The notes below the pieces were generated by a model. It did no database searches, had not been told where the DNA came from, and saw only the letters and a program-made list of their open reading frames with translations. The position numbers and the translations under genes were made by a program. Below, one piece after another: positions 10,928 to 20,300 of a stretch of DNA of 64,000 bases (the stretch's first letter is position 1; the number at the start of each line of letters is the position of its first letter). Location: NCBI GenBank assembly GCA_001687465.1, contig LVLI01000369.1, forward strand, positions 1 through 64,000. The letters run 5' to 3'. The DNA is from Halocafeteria seosinensis (lineage: Eukaryota).

Positions 10928-13432
10928 TTATTGCTGTCTTTGCGACTTGTTGAATGAATCATAAAAATCCAGCATCTCTTGAGTGATTTGACGAGTGACA
11001 GAGTGACAGGCTTGTTCCAAATGACAATGTTTGATACAAGGAGCAGATTCTGATTCACGAAGGGCGGGGGTTTCCAAGAATTGGTTCAGCGCCAGGAGAC
11101 CGGCTTCTTGTAAGACAGAAGCGCATTCAGCACCAGAGCAACCGTCAGTCATGTTTGCCAGCTTATCGATATCGATATCTTGACTCATAGTACCTCTCCG
11201 ACTGAGTTCCTGGAGCTTGCCACTGAATATACTCTTGCGGGCCTCCGTATTGGGAGGCCCAACGTACACGGCATGGTCGAATCGACCAGGCCGAAGTAAG
11301 GCCGAGTCTATTAGATCAGGGCGGTTAGTGGCAGCAACAACAAAAACTCGATGGCGAAATTTTTCCGAAAGCGCTAGGTTATTCATACCAGACTCCTCAG
11401 AACTTTGCTCCTGGTAAGATGATGTCTGGCTCTGTCCCCCAAGATCAGCCGGGATCCCGTCCATTTCTTGAAGCAGTTGAGTAACTACTCGATCCATAAC
11501 GTTATTCTCGCCTGCCCCACCAGATCGAGTCTTCGCTATTGAATCAATTTCGTCCAAGAAAACAATACAAGGGGCAGCAGCACGCGCTTTGCGGAACACG
11601 CTAGCGATTGCTTTCTCACTATCGCCGACATACATCCCCAAAATTTCTGGTCCTTTGACGCTCACAAAATTCATCCCACTTTCGCAAGCAAGCGCGCGGG
11701 CAGTCATTGTCTTGGAGCATCCTGGAGGTCCATAAAGAAGAACGCCATGCGGAGGACTAATCTTCAGTTGGTGAAACAACACCGGATACAGCAAGGGCCA
11801 TTCAAGGGCTTCAATCAGAGCTCGCTTAACAGTATCTTGTCCACCAATGTCTTTCCATCGTGTTGTCGGAACAGTAACAGCTATTTCTCGAGCTGCAGAA
11901 GGTTGAACCTGACGTATAGCTTTGGTTAAGTCTTCGATTTCGACGTAGCTGAGTTGTGGTGCAACGCCTTGGATCACGCATCTTCGGATGGCGATGTCAC
12001 ATGCGATCCGGCACAAAGAAGATATGTCGGCACCCACAAATCCATGTGCCTGCTCCATCAGCTGGATCATACCTTGCTCTGAGATATTATGAGGCAGAGA
12101 ATGCCGCTGTAAGACTGCTTGCAATATCTTCACACGAGAGACTGCCGACGGCACGGGAATCTCAATATCGGTTGATAGGAGGCCATATTTTCGTACAGTC
12201 GTGCAAACAGATTCAATGCGATTCGTTGTAGCAACAACAGCAATATGAGGAGTTTTTAACTGCTCGCATAAACACTGCCATTTGGACGACTTTAACAGGT
12301 CCATTGATCGCTTGAATTCGTCTATCAACCGCGTATACCTTGTACTTATTTTCCCTAGCTCATCTTGAGGAAACAGGCTATCCACTTCGTCAATGAGCAC
12401 CAGCACATTCAAATGTTTTGCATCGGTAGCCGATTCGTTTGTAAAGGTTTGGGAATATTTGAATGCTTCACTGAACTTATTACGAATTAGGAGCTCGCCA
12501 GCACCAGCATCACATTCGAGGATCTGTGATGGGGATATCGTAACCGTTCGACATTGCATAGCCTGCGCCACATGCCGGGCGAGAGTTGACTTCCCTGTAC
12601 CCGGACTTCCATGGAGGATTACGCCTTGTGGCGGTATCAAACCAGCAACACGAAACTGCTCAAGCTTCGTGGAATCAAAAGAGCAAGAAAGAATATCAAT
12701 CAATTGCTGTTTCTGTTCACTCAGTCCTCCAATTTGGAATTCATCTACTTGCTTTTCCTCCTCTGAAGAATTCGGCGTATCGATTTCCACGTTTGTGGTT
12801 CCCCATTGCACGATGGCGTAGGGCGTAGCAGGCTCGCCAAACCTCAGATAGAATGACTCATTCTCCTTCGTGGTCACCACCATCCCGTCCTTTATTAGCA
12901 TCCCATCCAGCATATTACGCACACGAGTTAAAGTGCAGGACATAGACGGTACTTTTGAGGTCTTCTCATCGTAAGCGTGACACACTATACTCTGAGCGAC
13001 TGGCGGATTTGTCTGCGCTCCGGTGGTGAAGAGATAAAACCCCGGCAGAGTGCGTCTAGTCAGCCAGTCCCCTTTCCCATGGGCCCGTAGCCCATTTCGG
13101 ATCAGAAAATAAATTTCATGGACCACCTGAATGTCATACTTGTCAAGCTTGTTTCGAGGCCAAACTCTCCCTACTCCAACGCAATGGTTTGCATGATCAT
13201 CCTCTGGTTTGCAAATCCACAATTCAACAAGTGAACCAGGAAGTATGCGTTCCTGCCGCAGCCGTTCAGGCGACACAAACATGCAGTGCTCTCTCCGTAC
13301 GCCCGTCGGTGTAGCTGCCACAGGAGTGGCATGGAGACAGAACTCTTCCGAATACCTCCCTGACTCTTGGGAAGTGGCCTGACTTCTTCCCTCAATTGAG
13401 GAGCAATTCCCATCCTCAGATGCTGAAGCCAT
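10928..13432 (-). CDS. AFG2: Type II AAA+ ATPase, AFG2/SPATA5 (Drg1) family
   Basis: Two AAA modules. D1 has GSPGTGKS and LIDEVD. D2 has GPPGCSKT (typical of the AFG2 family), FLDEIDS and ATNRPDLIDSALLRPGRFD. First ATG at 13432; single exon. Confidence 0.8.
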   Translation of the reverse strand: MASASEDGNCSSIEGRSQATSQESGRYSEEFCLHATPVAATPTGVRREHCMFVSPERLRQERILPGSLVELWICKPEDDHANHCVGVGRVWPRNKLDKYDIQVVHEIYFLIRNGLRAHGKGDWLTRRTLPGFYLFTTGAQTNPPVAQSIVCHAYDEKTSKVPSMSCTLTRVRNMLDGMLIKDGMVVTTKENESFYLRFGEPATPYAIVQWGTTNVEIDTPNSSEEEKQVDEFQIGGLSEQKQQLIDILSCSFDSTKLEQFRVAGLIPPQGVILHGSPGTGKSTLARHVAQAMQCRTVTISPSQILECDAGAGELLIRNKFSEAFKYSQTFTNESATDAKHLNVLVLIDEVDSLFPQDELGKISTRYTRLIDEFKRSMDLLKSSKWQCLCEQLKTPHIAVVATTNRIESVCTTVRKYGLLSTDIEIPVPSAVSRVKILQAVLQRHSLPHNISEQGMIQLMEQAHGFVGADISSLCRIACDIAIRRCVIQGVAPQLSYVEIEDLTKAIRQVQPSAAREIAVTVPTTRWKDIGGQDTVKRALIEALEWPLLYPVLFHQLKISPPHGVLLYGPPGCSKTMTARALACESGMNFVSVKGPEILGMYVGDSEKAIASVFRKARAAAPCIVFLDEIDSIAKTRSGGAGENNVMDRVVTQLLQEMDGIPADLGGQSQTSSYQEQSSEESGMNNLALSEKFRHRVFVVAATNRPDLIDSALLRPGRFDHAVYVGPPNTEARKSIFSGKLQELSRRGTMSQDIDIDKLANMTDGCSGAECASVLQEAGLLALNQFLETPALRESESAPCIKHCHLEQACHSVTRQITQEMLDFYDSFNKSQRQQ

Positions 13433-13885
13433 CCTTATTCTAGATCTGCACTTCAAAATAAAATCGCTATACAGGGTGTACTATCCTGGTATGAAAAGCA
13501 TGACTGACTGTTTGTCACAATGATATGTGAAGATGGAGTTCATGGGAGTGGTGGCTCTACGATACGATATACAAGGCGAAAACATTTACAGCTAAAGAGA
13601 AATATTTGTTGTTGCACATGATGGTGTTTTCATTTAGACTGTCTCTTCCTACATTTGTGCAAACTTGTTAAAAAGGCAACGATAAACTGTGAATGTGAGG
13701 AGATCGAAGTCTCGTTCAAAAGGATTGCTTTTAGTTGTAGGCTTAAGCGTACGTTTATGACTCCTTCTTTCGCACCATAGATGTGCTAGTTCTCGTTTTA
13801 TGTATAAAAAAGGCTGATTCCCTTTCCGGTGTTTACATCCCGTTCAATGTGGGGCCACTTCACTACATCAGGTCATCCTGAAGGC

Positions 13886-14828
13886 TTAGGTTGAGCTGGT
13901 GTACTTGGTCACAGCTTTGGTTCCTTCTGATACTGCATGCTTGGCAAGCTCACCAGGTAACAGCAAACGGACCGCGGTTTGGATTTCTCGAGATGTCAGA
14001 GTAGCCTTCCTGTTGTAACGGGCCAACCGGATAGCTTCGTTGGACAAACGGTCAAACGTATCGTTCACGAAGGAGTTCATAATGCTCATTGCCTTCTTTG
14101 AAATACCAGTTTCAGGGTGTACCTGTTTCAATACACGGTAGATGTAGCTGCTGAAGGTTTCTACTCTCTTCCTGCGCCTACGCCCAGTTCGGGTCTTCTT
14201 GGTGGACTTCCCACCTTTCTTGCTGCAATGCAAGACACCGACAATAGCACCAAGATTAAACCAGTAGTAGACAAGGAAAACAACAAAACCAATGAGAGGA
14301 CGTAAACACCCAACTAATACTAGTTGGCAAACTTATAGTCAACCCTTTCAAAATCGGGAATGGCCGTTAACTCTCGGTTCCTCTAGCCACGAAGCACATT
14401 CCCCACTCTACGACTCCATTCACTCACAACTCCGTAGATGAACTACGACATAGCATGCATCTAAATAGTGCGCGCTCGGTGCATCGCTTCACAGATGCCA
14501 TAATACTTTCAAACAGCGAAGCACGCTGATCTCTGGAGTGACGGTTAGAAAAGATTGCAGCCTTTCCCCTAGCCCCTCGAATTCCCCTTGGTAACCTTTT
14601 TTGTTGTTTTAAGTTTAACTGTGAGTTTTGAAAGATCGAGCCTGCACTTCTTCGCCCCGTTATCCCCATTTATTCACGGTCGAATAGGTGATTTACCCTC
14701 CCCTTGTAAGCGGTTGATATTGACATCATAATTCGACCGAAAAAATGTATCGGTAACCCAGCTGGAGGCTCATGTGTACTTTTCAAAATGCGAGAGGGCC
14801 GTGGGACTTACCTTGGTGTTTTCGCCAT
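13886..14828 (-). CDS. H2B: Histone H2B, 2 exons (14828-14812, 14222-13886)
   Basis: Exon 1 ATGGCGAAAACACCAAG|GTAAGT splices in frame to TTGCAG|CAAG, giving MAKTPSKKGG...[26 protein letters not shown]...[30 protein letters not shown]. Confidence 0.95.
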
Positions 14829-15009
14829 TTCGAAAGCTCAGAGCACGTTGCAGAAAAAATTGAGCCTCTCAGAGTATACTAAGTCTTACAACAAGGTATA
14901 CCAGTAAAAGTTTTGAAACAACCTAATGGATTATCTTGCATGCACAATCAAATCCAGCGACTAAAATCTTCTACTGGCGCTTGGAGGCGTGCCGCAACTT
15001 CAACTGCCG

Positions 15010-15140
15010 CCGGTCTGCCGGACGAATTCCCGGAATTCGGTGAATTTCGGTCCGGTATCTCCGAAACTCGGTGATTCGGAATTTCGGAGTCAGCAATGCC
15101 AGCATCAAATAGCTTCTGCTTTGGGTCCGTTTCGGAACAC
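15010..15140. repeat. Cluster of short GAATT(T)CGG / TTCGG / CCGAA motifs in the H2B-ankyrin divergent intergenic region
   Basis: gaattcccg-gaattcggt-gaatttcgg...ccgaaactcgg-tgattcgg-aatttcgg...gtttcggaacac read directly from the sequence. Confidence 0.55.
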
Positions 15141-15280
15141 TCCATTTGAGTGTTTCTCTTGATTTGGTGGATGTGTATATGTGGATTACAATCTTATCCA
15201 CCATTTTTTATGTGTTTTTCTTTTTTTCCGGAACACGTCCTAACTTGGCGTTGAACCGGTCAGCGTTCGCATTCTTGTGA

Positions 15281-15301
15281 AGTATAGGGATACCCTATAC
15301 T
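15281..15301. other. Perfect 9-bp inverted repeat (hairpin or palindromic site)
   Basis: AGTATAGGG-ATA-CCCTATACT, about 165 bp upstream of the ankyrin gene ATG. Confidence 0.6.
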
Positions 15302-15466
15302 CGGCATTTTCATGTCATTGAGCAGCCACTACGCTATTCCAGGTTTTCCTAGGTGTTGGATCACTTGCGAAGAGTGGTGCCTAAGAGGTAGAAAACTTGG
15401 CCGACCAGAGTAACCGGGACCAGACTTCGTGCAAAATTACGAGTTGTGACATCGCATTCATTGGTC

Positions 15467-17256
15467 ATGTCGATGCTATTCAAGACCAAAAGCACGCCGG
15501 TGAGTAGCTTTTGCCCTATGAAACCTTTTTAGCTTTCCCTTATTATCCTTGACCGTTTTGGTTCGAACCCTTGTGCAGCGGCTCAAAGAGCCTCCTACCA
15601 GTCTTAAAGTTCACCGTCTCGCTTATCATGGAGGATCCGGTTCCAACGCTGTTGCCAAGGACCTATCGGACATCTTCGAATTGTCGACAAAGGTTAAGGA
15701 AAAAGATTCTCAAGGGAACACCCCGTTACATCACGCGGCGGCAAGAAATCATGCGTCCTTAGCTGAAAAGTTCATTGAGGCCGGAGCCCCAGTGAACAGC
15801 CAGAACAACGTGGTATGTCTCTATGAAGCGGTGTATATTTTGAAAATCGGAGCGTAATGTTGTGTGTATACATGTATTGAACTCTCACGCGAACTCAAAA
15901 CGTGGCTGCAGAAGGATACCCCGTTACATCTGGCGGCACGACATGGCAGTTTGGAGACTGTACGGGTACTCCTGGACCAAGGCAATGCTGATGTAACGAT
16001 TAGAGACCATAAAGTAGGGTTCATCCGATAGGTATTGATGATTTTTTTACGAAATGGATCGATTTACCTTTGTCGAGGTTTTTGCAGGGATATACGGCGT
16101 TGCACACTGTCGGCAAATGCGGCAATGTTGAAATAGCCAAATTGCTTGTGAGCCACGGAGCCGATAGGACGGCGAAGGGGGAAAACGTGCGTCTTGTGTT
16201 TATGCCAACTGTATCTAGCCTGTAGGGGATGACCATGCCGTATATCCTACTATGCAGGGAAAGACGCCACATGATGTAGCAAGGGCTGGCAAGCACCACG
16301 AGTTGGATCACTTTTACGACCAAGGCTGGCAGCCGTCGAAAGCTTCATCGGAGCGTTCAAATGTCAGTTGCCACGTAGTTGTTGCTCAGAATTAAGCCTT
16401 GTAAACGGCAATAAACATGTATGTATTCGGGCCGCAGCCATTGACACAGAAAAACAGAACGGCAGAAGGTGAGTCCACCTGGACACCCAATCACACAACT
16501 GAAACAGCTACTCTGTTGGAGCACAACGACGAGGACGACAGTAAAGAAGACGGTAATCTTTCAGAAGGAGGTAGTGCTGCCGTTGCTGATAGTCAAGAGT
16601 CCAAGGAGCCCGACCCTTCCCATCGACTGGTACCTGAAGACACCGCCAACAGGTCGAATTCTGTTCGCGGGTCAGACCATGAGGTGGAAGGTGATCAACA
16701 GATCAGAACGGAGAACCGTTCTAGTTTGTCTGATGAGCATGACGATCAGCTCCATCCAGTTGTAAACGAAGATGTAGAGGAAGAACAGGCCTCAAGTGAA
16801 CGGGCAGAGGAAGAACCGGCTGTTGGTTCGCTCTTTGCGCGTCCGCACCAGGATGGCAGCAGTCCACAAGATACATCCACAACCGTTAGATTATCAGAGG
16901 GTGGTATGTACCCATTTGAAACCGCAGTACAAGTCATTCGAGACCTTGCCGATAAACATTTTGGCGGTCCCAAGGGGCACCGGCTATCTCGACATCCAAA
17001 CTGGTAAGTCGTCTGGTCATGCTGCGAAGAACTTTGGTTTTATAGTGGAGCTTTCATGGAAATTGCTATATGCAGCTGGGGTCGGTATGTCCAGAAGAGG
17101 GTGAGCATTGCTGATGCACTGTGCGGTCCACACTACGAAAGCCCAAGTCAGGTAGAGTTTCGAAACATATGGGCCATCATTGAGGCATTTGACCTCTCCA
17201 GCCGAACAACGCCAAATAGTGTGAAGCAATTGCTCCAGGAATCTGCTAACCGGTAG
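15467..17256 (+). CDS. Ankyrin-repeat protein with acidic disordered linker and short unknown C-terminal domain; 7 exons
   Basis: Spliced repeats GNTPLHHAA, KDTPLHLAARHG, GYTALHTVGKCG and GKTPHDVA, joined by GT-AG introns. Last exon matches ORF 17056-17256. Confidence 0.85.
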
Positions 17257-17331
17257 ATAGATGAAACCAAGTAATACCTCAAGCTCTATAAATAAACCTG
17301 TATATTGTTTTTCCGTGCGGGAAAAGCGTAC

Positions 17332-20300
17332 CTAGCAATTCGAGTTGACTATCGTGTCAAACCTGCTTGCTTCAGCGCTCTCTTGAGCCAAGAGCTCTTG
17401 CAGGCGTTGCAACTGAGGACTGATTTCTCGGCCTACCACCGACTTTTTTACACGAGAGCAACCAATAGTAGGATTAGGCAGGTCGCGTTCGTCGTTCTCG
17501 GACACCGCCGTCTTACTCTTCTTCCGTGAGGAATGACTGCTGGTCATCGAGGTTTCTCGGCGCTTCTGGGGAACTTCCGGTCTACATTCCTGACACTGGT
17601 GTACAGCATGTAACATAGCGTGATACGCCCGCAATAACGGAATCCCCGTGACTAATAGATCCCAATTGTCTTTATCGCAATGAAGACAAACAAGTTGTCG
17701 CAGCGAGCAAGAAACCACTTGGGCAGGAAAGGCTGTGTTCTTATGCTTTTGAGAAGACCATTCTGAAAGAACTTCGCTTATGGGGGCCCAGTACTGAAGA
17801 GAATCAGGGCATTCACGCTCTAAAACGGCGTGGATCTCGTTGATAGTTAAGTCAGCAGCGAAAGAACGCACTGCTCTCCAGGCAGCATCGTCAAACTTTG
17901 ATAGTTTCTCGAGAATGGTTTGCGCACAATAGGAGGCAATCCCGTGTGAGCTTCCAAGCATTGGGAGCCTTAGTCCACAAAGACGTTCCGCAGTCAAATT
18001 GTCGGCGCTGCCCAATTGATTAAACAATGCCTCAACATAAACATTCCACAAAGCGACAATCGACCGTAGGGAGCCATCGTTCAGGCTATCGAAAAAGCTG
18101 TCTATCGAAAGCTCTACTAGTCTGAACAAAGAGACACCCTCCGTTGCCTCGTCATACCATCGAGGGCGCTCATCCCGTGTGCTCTCTTCTACCAAACTCT
18201 TGAGTTGCAAAGACGCAGCTACAGTTTCTCTCTCCGAGACAGAACCTACGTCAACAATACCAGCAACAATGGGACCGGAAACGTATTCACACACTTCCTT
18301 GATTAACTTAGAAAGTTTCTCGACCGACAAGTTACACAGATCGAAGCGCCAGCAGCAGAACACTATCCAAGTATCTTCCCTAGCAGCGGATTCAAGTATC
18401 CCCTGGAGTGCATCGCACATGGCCCCCTTCCATTGATCGTATGGAAGACGATCGTGGAGAATAAAGTTGACCAAACGGAGAAACCGATCATGATGGCCAA
18501 TAGATAGTCCACCGTCCCCATAGAAATGGATGGATCTTCCGTATTCCAACTCGATTACAGTTCCTTCGTTTTTCAGTCTTTGGTCCATGCTTCCTAGCAC
18601 AACAAAGTGGCCCAAACTCCTAGAAAAATGTAAGTAGCTACTATTGTCTTCCGTCGGGGAAGCAAAAGTTTCAATAATGCCCAAAGAAAAGCCCCGGGGA
18701 GTATCCTTTAAACAATGGCCCCAGTCCATTCTGGCGGTTGAGTGAGAAAAGGTGGCGGTGAATGCAGAAGTAAACCCTGCTTGTTGGTACTTCACTAAAA
18801 TTGCTTCCTCCATTTTGTGCTTGTCCACTTCAAAGATTTCGCAACGAGGAAACAGCTGTTCTTCCTCTTCAGACACGACAGAAGCAGTTTCTCCGGAATC
18901 CGGTTCGTCATCCCAACGAAAATAATCGTCGTCGGAGCCAGCATCGTTTCCAGAACTACCCGTTACGGTTTCAAACACATTGCTGGGAACGTCGGTGGAC
19001 GACACTTCACTGTACTTGTTATCCTCGGTCGTAAATATCTTTTCTTTAGAGCTCTCTGTGCCAGACGGTTTACTGCGGCTCTTATCATCGGAAGTAGATC
19101 CCTGCTTGATTAACGCGTCTCCACTGATGATTGTATTTGTTGAACTGTTAACAACCGATGGAATTGCTGTGAAGCTAGTACTAGCGCCATATTCTTCAGC
19201 CACACCTGTACTAGTCTGGGTCTGCATCTCAAAGCGGAACTCTTTCGTATCATGTGCCGCCGACCGTCTGGACGACGGAGCACCCGATACGTCCATCATG
19301 CCTATTGACGAAGAGCTTGAGGTAGTTGTAGCACGGGCAGAAGTAATAACTTCGTTAGAGGGAATCATCCCAATGTTGTTCATCGTGTTTTTGATATCCG
19401 CATATACAGTACTCACGTCTGTCGAAGTATACTTAGTATCTCCAATGTTGACAGTAGTAGGTGCACTCACTTTGCTAGTCCTAGAAGTTAGTGATACTGG
19501 AAGTGTGACCGCCTTTGATTGAGCCGGAACAAACGGCGAAGCATCTACTGAAAGCTTCAACGGGGTGTCCCACTTAGGTCTAGAAATTGAAGGCGTGTCT
19601 TGCGAGCCAGTAGCAGAGAACGACTGCTCTGAGGCAGATACTGTTCGGGGATAGAAATAGGTTGAAGAGTCCTTCTCTTTGGCTACGCTGGTCGATGTAG
19701 TTTTTGACGGAATCTGCGGAGACCAAGACGACGACGAGGTGAGTGAGGGTGTAATTGTCGACCGACTATCTCCATATATTACACCCATCTGAGTTTCGCA
19801 CCATTTATCCGCATTCACAAATGCGGACCTATCTTCTAAAGCTCTGTGGACATGAGGGAGGAGATGCGGAAGTTTAATGTTCCTAGATGCTCTCGTCTTT
19901 TCGACAGTGCTTTGCTTCAACGGAAAGAACTGTATCTCGCCTTCAGTGACCTCATAATTATCGAACTCTTGCTCCTTCAAGATTTCTACAATTTCATTTG
20001 TACTGGCAGGACATAGCATCTTCTTCAAGTCATCCATCTTCACGTATATCGTCGTTTTATTCTTTTGGTTATGCGCACCGACCATTCCATCGATGTCCAT
20101 CAAGACTCGGCGTTGCAAAGTTCGGAAACTTCGCTGCATAAAAATCGCTTGAAGAGGGCTAGCTCTTTTCATTAGCCTCACGAATTCATGTAGCCTTCGA
20201 GTTGAAGCAGCACGTAAGGCTCGAATGGCCAACTTGATCTCTTTAGAGGACAAAATACGCTCTGGTAGCTTCTTTAAAATATTCAGTGCGTGACTTTCAG

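Noticed and set aside
15560..15570. B-box-like GGTTCGAACCC in ankyrin intron 1
   Set aside because: No A-box, T-stem extension or cloverleaf around it; it sits in the 3' splice region and is likely coincidental.
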